A stretch of DNA of 64,000 nt. Origin: Flectonema sp. DT1601. Taxonomy: Eukaryota. Shown here piece after piece: positions 33,107-44,200 of the stretch (positions are counted from its first letter, which is position 1; each line of letters begins with the position of its first letter). A model generated the notes under the pieces. It worked only from the letters and a program-made list of their open reading frames with translations, was not told where the DNA came from and did no database searches. Both the position numbers and the translations under genes were made by a program. The DNA is taken from assembly GCA_964019425.1 (NCBI GenBank), contig OZ025788.1, forward strand, positions 1 to 64,000, written 5' to 3'.

Positions 33107-34045
33107 TTATCCCGACACAGGGATGTTGTGCTTTATTTTATAAACCTCACACATGTGTCGTAGTTTTTCAATAATTTTTTGCCATCCAGTCGCAGGAAGC
33201 TTCGCTCCCTTCTTAGTTTCAGGGAATTTAAGAAGAGACTTCTCAGGAATCCATTGAATAACACCAACAGGATCACGTGGGTCACCATCAACTGTGTAAT
33301 TTAGAGTGTTTACTGTTGCAGTGAACTGAAGCTGTTTTGATGTTCGAGGATCAGTAAATACGATCGGAGGAAGAGAACTTTGTACTTTCGTAAAGCCATC
33401 GACCTCAAGAGACTTCTGTTTTTCATTAAGTTCCCGCTCTCTGATGATGGCGGCTTCTTCTTCCTGTTGACGCCTTCTCTGCATTTCGGTAACTTCATTT
33501 TCAAATTGTTTGAAGGCTCCGACCACCCCGTCTACGTATGTTCCAGCAGAGTGTACCTTCAGACGCTTTAGACTGGCGGGAGGGGACTCGCAGTCAGGAA
33601 GCAGCTTTTTTAGAGATTCCCTCCCTGCGCGTAACGAAATGGCAGTGCAAATAGCAGCAACTCTACCAACCTGCTTGAGTGACTCATCACGCAGGCTGGG
33701 TAGTTTTGATACGACGCCTTTGACTATAATATAATACTCGACGTCTCTCGATTCCATTCTTTTTGAATCTTTTGAGATAATATTTTCTGTTTTTACTACA
33801 ACTGGTATTCTTCCTTCTGAGAATACCGTGTAGTAGGTCCCAGGAGTACTGGCGATAGTCTCTGCCATTTCACCATCAGATGTCCCTCTTGCTCTAAATA
33901 TTGCAGTCAGTGATCTCGAATCATAAAAACTCGACTTGCTAAAATAATCCATCGTCAGCTGCACCCACAGTGGGTGCGTCTCTGGTGCCGGAATGGGGTC
34001 TACACCTTCTTCAAGCGTTGGGTCGCGCCATGTAATTTCCTTCAT
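33107..34045 (-). CDS. MED6: Mediator subunit 6-like protein with an extra C-terminal domain
   Basis: ITWRDP, MDYFSKSSFYD and YYIIVKGVVSKLPSL resemble conserved MED6 blocks (recognised by eye). Confidence 0.68.
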   Translation of the reverse strand: MKEITWRDPTLEEGVDPIPAPETHPLWVQLTMDYFSKSSFYDSRSLTAIFRARGTSDGEMAETIASTPGTYYTVFSEGRIPVVVKTENIISKDSKRMESRDVEYYIIVKGVVSKLPSLRDESLKQVGRVAAICTAISLRAGRESLKKLLPDCESPPASLKRLKVHSAGTYVDGVVGAFKQFENEVTEMQRRRQQEEEAAIIRERELNEKQKSLEVDGFTKVQSSLPPIVFTDPRTSKQLQFTATVNTLNYTVDGDPRDPVGVIQWIPEKSLLKFPETKKGAKLPATGWQKIIEKLRHMCEVYKIKHNIPVSG

Positions 34046-35011
34046 TCTTTTACTATGTCAAACTGTGCTCTCATTTAAATATCTGTGAAAAAAAAAAAAA
34101 AAGTTTTTTCAGTTATCTATTCGAACTCACCGACAAACAGATTCACTAACAACTGGAAAAAAAAAAAAAAGAAATTGATGCAACAAGGGTGGGGGTCGAA
34201 TAATGCACTTGGAGAAGAGAGAGGAGATGGGATAGCATGACATGAAACCTGTCGAGCCAGTAGCCGACTTAAGCACCCAAATCACACAGCAGTCACAGAG
34301 GAACAATTCAATTCAAAAAAGTAGAATGGGGAATAGGGCGTTGTGAGAGTGTACATATAAAACGCTTTTTTTTTTTTTTTTTTTTTTGATCTTTTTTTTT
34401 CTCCCCGCATTAAGCTGCCATCCAACAAAATAAAAGGCCAGAGTATATCACCGCAGACTGCGATATTTCAAAAAAAGAAGAAAAAGAAGGGGAAAAAAAA
34501 GTAACAAAAGCTTATTGTCACTTTTTTTTCCTCTCCTTTTTTTTTTGCAAACGTATTTTTCTTCATTCCGAGAAGGCATTTTTTCTATTTCTTTTCTTCT
34601 CAATGGCTGACAGCTTTGCTCTTTGAAATGGGAAGGTATTAAGGCATATTCTCACTCCCCCGACACGTTTCTGTTCTTCGGAGAAAATTAAAACGGGTTT
34701 ATTTGAGGAACAAACAAAAGGGTTGTTTTTTTTTTCTTTCTTCTTTTTTTCTTTTTTTTCTGTTCAAAAGAAATTCGTTTCAGAATAAAAAAAAAAAAAA
34801 AAGCTAACAAAAAAAAAAAAACCACCCTCACAAAACAATGAAATAAGAAATACCTGATTGACACAGAACTCAGTGGGGGTTTTTAAATGACGGGTACAGC
34901 ATAAAGTAGAGAAAGCACTAAAAGTGTCTCTTTTTTTTTTCCTCTTGGTTAAATCTAAGTAAATCCTTTTACTAGGTACCTATTTAATAAAAAAACAAAT
35001 ATCAGACAGAA

Positions 35012-36010
35012 CTACGCATCTGGTGCGTCAGGTGTGTCAACATCCTTTGGGGCTTCCTTGTCTACTTCAGCCTCCGTGTTGACTTCTTCAGCTGCTGCTT
35101 TTTTGGAGCGGCAGTACCAAACAATGATGGCAATAATAACAACAAGTGCGCAGACACATCCAATGACGACACCTGCAATTTGTCCTCCCGACAGCTCATC
35201 ATCAGAAGTTGGTGGAACTGGCGTTGGAAGAGTACAGACACCGTTAATGTTGTTGTATTGAGGTTCACACTCAATAGCCTTACATTCACTGCTGTCAAAG
35301 GTTGAGATGGTAAGCATCGATGCAACAAACGCTGCTGCCTTAACTTGACCATCACCAGCAGAGTTTGGGCACAACAAGTTAGCTGCTGCAGATGCGAATA
35401 TGTTGGTGTTCTTCATCGCTCTTCCAAGTTTGATTCCGTTCACGTCATTCTCAACAACAAATCGGTTGAGTTGGATTTGCATATTTTCAATGAAACGGAT
35501 GACCTTCTCGCTGTAGATTTCACTAATTTGTAACTCAGCTAGAATAGCGAGATTGATACCTCCCTCAGTTCCAAAAAGAAGTTGATTGTCGTTAACTGAA
35601 CATGATAAGCTGAGCCTTGAGTTTGCTAATTGTCCAAGCATCGTATCAACAATTCGTTGAAGTGGAGCTTCAACAGCTGCGATGTCCTGACAAAGAGCGT
35701 CAGTAAATGTGATGGTGATAACGTAAGGAAGAGTTCTACCGTCAGTGGTGCTCGTTGCTTCATTTGTTGCAACGCAAAGGTTTATTTCCTGGGCACCAGC
35801 ATCAAGTCCTCGTACGTTAGTCTTTGATATCTTAGCAAAGTTCGCAGCGCAAGTGCACGTTCCAGTTGGGTGCACACGTGTTTCACACGTAGCACCAGTA
35901 TCACCAAAAGCCCTGCAGTGGGCATGGGTTGAGCAAGTTCTCGTTTCCGAAGGTACAAACACTCCAGAGGCCAGTCCAGTGGCGGCCAACAAAAATAAAC
36001 TCTTCAACAT
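35012..36010 (-). CDS. Type I membrane (surface) protein with Cys-rich ectodomain, paralogue A
   Basis: Signal peptide, C-x5-C-RAFGD motif, C-terminal TM helix and acidic tail. Confidence 0.85.
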   Translation of the reverse strand: MLKSLFLLAATGLASGVFVPSETRTCSTHAHCRAFGDTGATCETRVHPTGTCTCAANFAKISKTNVRGLDAGAQEINLCVATNEATSTTDGRTLPYVITITFTDALCQDIAAVEAPLQRIVDTMLGQLANSRLSLSCSVNDNQLLFGTEGGINLAILAELQISEIYSEKVIRFIENMQIQLNRFVVENDVNGIKLGRAMKNTNIFASAAANLLCPNSAGDGQVKAAAFVASMLTISTFDSSECKAIECEPQYNNINGVCTLPTPVPPTSDDELSGGQIAGVVIGCVCALVVIIAIIVWYCRSKKAAAEEVNTEAEVDKEAPKDVDTPDAPDA

Positions 36011-36785
36011 TTTAATGATGAGATAAGTCTGATTGAGTTAATGTAAATATTAATATCCTACTCAAGTCATCAAAGATAACACCAGGAACACTTCACACGT
36101 ACATCACACGCTGTTATTGTAAAAGGTAAATAATTATCAACTTAACGAGTTATAGATTCACAAGACACACACATGGCATAAAACTGATGTAGGGATAACT
36201 TGGGGAGCCTGGGGAAGAGCTCAAAAAAAAAAAAAAATCACAAAACACTTTTTTCAAAAAAAAAAAAAAAAGGGGGGGGGAAAAATAATACCATTAACGG
36301 CAGGGAAGCGGATTTTCATTTTCTTTTTCAGGTACAGAAGTTGTGTCGTACTGCTCCATGTGGGGTTACTAGTGTGGGAACAAAACAATGGGGGTACGTC
36401 TTCTGAAATGCTTCACAACTTCGCATTCCTTCAGAACGACCAAGAGAAGCACGACCAACGAGATGCCGAGTAGTAAAAAGGCTAACAAGAATTTTCCTTT
36501 TAAAAAGAGTAGTTAAAAAAAAATACTTATCGAAGAGAGGATTCTTCGACAACGATATTTAACTACACAATAAATAAAAATATCAATTCTGAACCTGAGG
36601 TGGTGTTTGGGATGGAGAAAGTACACAGCGGAACAGGTCCGTAAATCGAACGTCTCGCAAAAATCAGTTGTTGCTCTAAAGGATGCAACATTAAAGGCTA
36701 AATGATGAAGGAAGGCACCGTACCAATTGCTTACGAGCCTTCAACAAATTTAAGACAACGGACAGAATACAAACAAAATAATATT

Positions 36786-37799
36786 CTACGCATCTGGAGA
36801 AGTCACTTTCTTTTCTTCCTTCTCATCGTCAGATGGGTTGTTGTCAGGTTCGACTTCTCTCTTATTACGACAACAACAGTAGACAACAATCCCGACAATG
36901 ATTGCGATAAACGCCACAGACGATCCAATAATGATTGCAGTCAACTGTCCAGTAGAAAGATCATCATCAGTGGTAGGCGGGACTGGTGTTGGAAGAGTAC
37001 AGACTCCGTTAACAAGAAAGTAATTTGCGCTACAAGTCAACGACTCGCACTCCTGTTGATCAAATGAGCTCTGCGCAACAGTCTGCTGTGCCTCAACAAA
37101 AACTACCGCAGTCAACTGTCCTGGTCTTTCTTCATTTGGACACATCAAAGGAACAGCTTCGATAGTAAACACGTTTGCGTTTTTCATTACTCTTCCAAGA
37201 AATCTAAGTGTGCTTACTGGAGTGGCGGTTGGAGCTGCGTCCAACTTCACCTGCATGAGCTCAACGAATCTAATAGTATTTTGGCCGTAGAGATCTCCAA
37301 CAGTGAAAGTGTTAATTCGAATGGCGGCATTAACTCCACGCAATCCATTCTGGTTAAGTCCCAATGAGAGGTCGAAACCATCATTCTGGTGACAAGTGTA
37401 TGTGATAGCAACTGTGTGTGGTGTGAAAATTTCCTCAACAGCTCTCTGAAGAGCTCCTGACGCAGCTGGAATGTTAGAACACAAGGCATCAGGGAATGTA
37501 ACAGTAACGAATGATGGAATATTTCTCGCTAATGAAGTAGCATCAGTCTCAGATTCTTCAACACAAAAGTGAGTGTTGTAAGAACCAGCTGGAAGTCCAA
37601 CATCTCCAACAGTGATACCAATATTCTTGTAACCAGTTGAGCACTCACACTGTCCGAATGGGTGAGCCTGAGTACAAGCCGCACCGGCATCACCAAAAGC
37701 TCTGCACTGCAAATGAGTTGAACAAACTCTCGTGTCTGACGGCGACATGATACTTGAAGCCATACCTGCGGCAGCCAATAAAATCATACTTTTCATCAT
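36786..37799 (-). CDS. Type I membrane (surface) protein, tandem paralogue B (likely start MMKSMILL at 37799)
   Basis: Aligns end to end with 35012..36010 (CSTH..CRAFGD.GA.C, NGVCTLPTPVPPT.DD.LS.GQ, terminal PDA). Confidence 0.85.
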   Translation of the reverse strand: MMKSMILLAAAGMASSIMSPSDTRVCSTHLQCRAFGDAGAACTQAHPFGQCECSTGYKNIGITVGDVGLPAGSYNTHFCVEESETDATSLARNIPSFVTVTFPDALCSNIPAASGALQRAVEEIFTPHTVAITYTCHQNDGFDLSLGLNQNGLRGVNAAIRINTFTVGDLYGQNTIRFVELMQVKLDAAPTATPVSTLRFLGRVMKNANVFTIEAVPLMCPNEERPGQLTAVVFVEAQQTVAQSSFDQQECESLTCSANYFLVNGVCTLPTPVPPTTDDDLSTGQLTAIIIGSSVAFIAIIVGIVVYCCCRNKREVEPDNNPSDDEKEEKKVTSPDA

Positions 37800-38208
37800 T
37801 GTAGTGTTGATAAAATAAGACTGCAGGGGGGAAATTCGATACGATATGAAAGGATTCATCTGTGAAGAATACCGCAGGTCTTTGCACAAAAATAAAAACA
37901 ATAAAAGTAGGCTAATATAACCACTGTTAACCTTAACATAAACATCAGTCATAACGACAGTCACCTTGACCTCAATAACATGATATGCCTATTTAATGAA
38001 AATAATGATAAATATCAAACCAACACAATACCACACCAGGCAGTCCCCTTCCACATAAGTCCGTTGAGTGTAAGAAGGTGTAATTGTGACGAATCTTGTA
38101 AATTAATTAAACATCCGAAGAGGGTGTGCGAGGAATCTATTCCATGAGAACACTACGACCTCATAAATTTCATAAAAAAAACAGATCAAAACAGAAGACA
38201 TATTCCAG

Positions 38209-41200
38209 TCAAGGTTTTTCTGAAGGAATCAACAAAGGGTTCCTCTTCCGCACTGAAGCGGCTTCGTTGAGAACTTCAGCGAGTTTTTTTCTAACAGCAG
38301 CAGGTGAAGGAGCGTCCATCTGCCATAAATAGAGTTGCCAGGTGTCATTAGAAACAAGTGACGGAGTGTATTGAAATATTAATCTAGCTCTAGTCAGTTC
38401 TGGGTCTGCTACGAACCCGACTGAGTTGGAAGCGTCTGCATGACGGGCGGCGAGACCGCTGAGAACGGGCAGACCACCTTCAGATGAGATGAGGAAGTCG
38501 TCACTCAAAGATTCAGCTACGTATCCATGATCAGCGAATACATAAGGACGATAGACTAGACCATCAGTTGTGGTGTTGTTGTTGTTGTTGTTGTTGCTGA
38601 CAACACTTTCAGATACCATTTCAGTTGGTAAGTTACTCTCAGATGCCACTCGAGATAATCCACTTCTTCGAAATTTTTCAAACTTACGAGACGAACCACT
38701 GCTGCTATTATTTTGAGATCTATCAAAGATGTCATCAAAAATAATCGACTGCCCCAGTCGGGCACTTGGTCTCCTCCCAGAGATGGTCGCTCTTCTTAAG
38801 TTACTTTTTACCTTCTCATTCGAATCTTCTTTTAGATGTCGAAGTAGTTTAGAATCTTTATATCTTCCCCATCCGAATAATAAAATACCAACAACAACAT
38901 ACAATCCAACTACTCCCCAGAGTGCGATACTAATTTCTCTTCCTTCATGATTTCTTTCACTCGCGTACATTGCTGCAGCGATGATAGAATGAAGAGCATC
39001 CCAACAATGGTGAATGTTATTGTTGTAAGGAGCTACTTTAAACAACAACACTAAGTATATTGCAATACACAACTGACATAGAGAAGGAGATTGTCTCGCT
39101 GAAGTGATTGAGATGATAACATTTCTAATAGTCAGAGAAGATAGCCACCATTGATGGTTCGATTTTAGAATTAAATTAGATTGCGGAGCATCATCATAAC
39201 AGGAAGGTCTCTGTACTCTCACAGAAGCTGACACAGAAGTCAGTAAAACAGATGTCAGTATCGACACAGAAATGTAAAACAATGATGAATAACACTCCTC
39301 GTCAGGATTAGATGAAAGCCGATTAGAGTCGGACTCTAAACAAGCAGCCACTCGACTTGAAACAATCCACGAGAATGGAGCTCCAAAAACAGCCAAAACA
39401 TAAACAACGACATATGGTAATTCTGGTAGTCCTTTCTTTGTGTTGGGAAGCAGAGAGTTTTCTGATACCATCGCTGCTCTCATTTCGCTTTTTAAAATAA
39501 CCAAAACAGCTGCAACAGTAGCAACCTTCACTTGTGACTTGTCAGATGCGTACTGACGACGATTTCCATTCTGAGTGCTGCTCACAACTCTTCGAAGTCC
39601 TTCTCTGAGATGAGTTCGTGAGGCAACGACAATCACTAATCCTGTTTTGTTGGTGTTAAATATAAGCAACAATTCAACGCCAGAAAAGAAAAGACAAGAC
39701 AACTTCCCCCCACATACCTGAAAATAGTATTCCAAAACCATCCACAAAATAATCAATCACCTTTGAATCTACTGACGTGTATTCATCAGTTGGGATGAGA
39801 CATGCTAAGGGAGGAGGGACTACTTTTAAAGTAATCAACTGAACTATTTTAGAAGGGTGAATATCATCTACATCAGAACTCTGATCCACCCACGACAACG
39901 GAGGAAATAAATAAATCGCCGACAACAACAAACACATCAACGTCAACGCTTCCCGACAGCGATAATTATTACTTTTCAACAGTACTGATGTTGTGAATGA
40001 AAGGAGTAAGAACCACGTGTAAAGACCCGTAGCGATGGCTATCGCTAATCTATCTGAAGGACAGTCATAGCATCCGAGAGATTTAAAAGGCGAGAAACGT
40101 CTCGCAGATCCGCTGCATGACAGACAAAGGTACCCAGAAGTACCATTTTGACATCCGTTTGTGTTGCAGTAGTTTTTGTTAATACGGCATTCGATAGCAG
40201 AATCAGTGGGTGAGGATCTCCACCAACCATGTTGTACTAATGTTGTGTTCGTACCGTTACAATGTAATCCCATGGGGCAGTCTTCACATTCAACGTTTCC
40301 AGTTACCAACAGACTATTGGGAGGACATTCTCTCATCGGAGCATCGATCACAGCGGAGTCTGAGATTGTTCCGTTTATTAGAATTAATTCAACAGCTGCT
40401 CGATATCTAAAACCAAGTTTTGGATTAAAATTATAAACAACAAGACAGTGACCTTCCAGTGTAACTGTTCTAGTCTTCGTTGTTATACTAACGCAGTTAT
40501 TAAATAGTTCATCACATTGGAGTAGTCTCGTCTGACAGAACGCTGAATTATGAAATCGAATTGGATTACTAAACACATCCAATATAACAAACAATGACGT
40601 GATATGTTGCGGACTTAAATACTGAATCGTACTACTCACTTCAAGTTTGGAGGGGTTTTGCAATGCTGATGACGTTACAAAGAATCCACACACCACTCCT
40701 TTCAACATAATTTCAACTTTATACGTCCCCGCCTCAGTCACATCCAAGTACATCGCATACCTCCCAGGCATTGAAGTAGAGTGCCATGAAACAGGTATTC
40801 CTTGAGAAAAAATATCCAGAGGTTCTGGATTAAAACTATACCTCCCTCGGTATTGAACTTCCAATGCCCAGACGCTGAATGAGGCATCTGATTTGATTGT
40901 TATCTCTTCGGTGTTTGGATCACATCTAATTGGATGTGTGTTTACCCAAGCTTGAGTACTTACATTGGAAATCACATCTGATGACGTGATGATTAATGAT
41001 CCAGTCTGGGGTGGTGATGAATCGTGGATTGTTACACAGGAGTCCTTAAGACAGTATTCAATGCTGAGGAAGTGACTACCAGTATTGGTTAATGTGTTCC
41101 CAGGTAATAAAGAACACTGTACTGTATGAATATCAATAACACATCCTTTGTAGATTCTGATTCCAGAGATCAGACAATGAGCATCACATCCCCAGGACGT

Positions 41201-44200
41201 GTTAAAGTACCCGATGACTTCTATTATAGAAGGGAGGTCTTCAAACCAAATCCTCTTCTCGTCATTCGTTGAAACTTTGAATGGAGTGATGGGTAAGATC
41301 AAAGATGAAAGTAGTTCACAATCTGATTTATAACAATATTGAAGCTCTACCAGATGTTTGTTAATAGTTTCTGTTGGGGATAAGACTCCACTTGGAACTC
41401 GACACTTGACAGTTGAGTTGTTTACAACACAACCTGAGAAGGGTTGGGCTAAATAGTAACAAATAACATCACATCCCCACATTATATCAAATGATCCCAT
41501 CACAGTAAAATAAAAACTATCGATTGGTGTGTGTCTGATATCCGTGACGTTCTTCAGAGTAACTTCCATCTGTTGAAACAGATGTTCAGATATTGATATT
41601 TTTGTTAAGAAATCATCTGCGAACATTCCAACAACAGACTGCTGTTCATCAATTGCGAAACACTTCAGAGTTGTAGCTGACTGAGCACATCCTTTCCAAT
41701 AATTAATTCCGTGGTAAGAACATGTGTAGTGACATAGTCCAGGTATGAACTTTATATTTTTATCATCATCGATTTCAATGATGAAATTGATTGGTAAAGT
41801 TGGTAGTTGAGATGATTTGGTAGGATGGTAGTGACTGATGGGGTAGCAATTGTCTTCAATGCAATATTTCAAATTAATTTTATTTTTAAAAAACGGACCA
41901 GACACAAACATCACCCGATCTGAATGACGTGTGCAGACCACCGTCACCTCATCAGTCACGCATCCTGTCCAAGAAAAGTCATCTTCATGACCACAGACAA
42001 TACCACAAGCCATCAACATATCAAAATTTCCACTTACAATAAACTCGTAAGGTAAAAACATCTCATCAAATAAAGCATTTTTACCAACAGAAACAAAACC
42101 TTTAAAGTGATCGTCCACAACTAACCCCTGGTGTAATAATAATTTGCATTCTATTACCGTACTAACAACACAGCAGTTAGAGTATAAAATATTTCCCTCA
42201 GCTGATATTATTTCGATGTCGCAATCCCACTTTAAAAGTGCTTCATCAACATCAAATGTAATGAGAGGAGGAGCTGTGAATTGTATTGTTGTTTTTGATG
42301 GCAATATATCAACACACTTGTTAGACGAAGTGCAATGATGGATATCAATCACAAGGTTTTGAGCTGTTTTATTGAGAAAAGTAGTGCATTCAATTACACT
42401 CACATTCAGAACACATGCAGTACCGATGTTGATTCCATTGTGAGAACATATTAAATCACATCCCCAGTTGGTATCGAAATTGAAATCCGTCTCCGTCCTC
42501 ACAAATATACTTTTCGGTAATTCACTAATTCGGATGTCGTGTCTCGTTACTATTGGGATCGGTTGGTCGTATGCCGTCGGTACCACTCTCACAATGTCAG
42601 ATAATTCTGTTTGCGATGTCATATAAAAAACTTCAACACCCACCACCACTTCACACCCCAGACTATTACTTGGACAATGAACAAGTTCGATTCTCGGTTC
42701 GGGATTTTTTTCATTCAAAATTATAACTTCTTCACCAACCCGATGAGAACAATTCACAGCAGTGGTGTTCACAAAGCATCCATGAAAGATTTTTTCCCCA
42801 CCAAAAGTACAGAACAAGTTACACTCCCAACCAGGATTAAATCCTTTACCCAAAAGGATGAAAGGGTTGTTGTGGTTTGGAGGTTCTCGTAATTGAGGTT
42901 CAGAGGTGTCAGGCAGTAAAGTCTTACACTGATTAGGTGATTGACAAACAGTGATATCGGTGGTTATGAAGTACCCTTGATCAGCTGTTACTAAATTATT
43001 ATAAAAAACACTTTCAACAGGAGATACCTCTCGTTCAGTTTGACATTCAACAACATCCACAGACACAACACACCCTGGGAATACCATTCTTCTTAATGAG
43101 TATCCCCACACAACTGTAACTGCACAACTAACGTTACAAAACCACTCCAGTTCGAATCTGCCTGATACCATAATTTTTGTCGGCAGAATAGGGATTTTGA
43201 ATGGATACTGAAGGGTGTAGTTTTCAACAGGAGTCAGGATGATGTCACACTGCTGATGTTGCTCGCAGTAGTCAAGTCTGACTGCAGCAGGATTGATTGG
43301 TGTTTGAGGCAACAAACGAGGTTCGACATCACAAACAACACTACTGCCAGTGGGTGTGACACACCCAGTGCCGAGGTATTCATTAGGTAGGTATCCACAT
43401 CGAACTGAACACCCATGTGAAGGGTCAAAAGGTGTCAGGTCTCCACTGTTGATAGTCATGGCTAATGATTCTTTTTGTATTGTCACAGACAAGTGACCAA
43501 GACACACCTTTTGAGGACACGGAAGTAATTCTACTAAAATGGGAACATTATTATTGTTGACAACAGGACAGGTGATGTAGTTGTTATTTGAGTCATCGAC
43601 ACATCCAATTCCTAAAAATATTTTATGATCGCTCAGAGTAACATCGTAACAGTGAACTGAACATCCCCACTCAGGGTCAAAACCGTCCGCAGAGAACAAT
43701 GAAAACCAACTCTGACCAGGTAGGGCATCCTTCAGTGAAGGAGTCCTTTTCAACAACGTTCCTCGACATACCACGTGAATGGTATTCGCATTAACTTTAT
43801 CACAACTTACAACACCCTCACAAATATCATCACCGCAGAGTATCCCAATTCCGTAAAGATGAATTATCTTTTCCTCAACTTCTTCAGGTTCTGTTGATAA
43901 TTTATTAAATTCATTTTTAATTTTTAAAATTGGTCTGCTGCTCTCACAATATTCACCAACAGCCTGTACTTCACAAACACAACTACACATTCCCCTTTCA
44001 GAAATTGTTATAAATCCTCTACCGTTACAATAACTGTCTGAAGTAGTACACTCATCTGAGCACCAGAAGTAACCTGCAGAACAGCTGAGTAGCTGTCTGG
44101 GTGGATGATTTACACTTGGGAGGTCTGTTAGCGATTCAGGAAGGTATAAAGTGTCAACTAAATAGTTGTCTACGGCAATGCGAATCGTGTTTTGAACATA

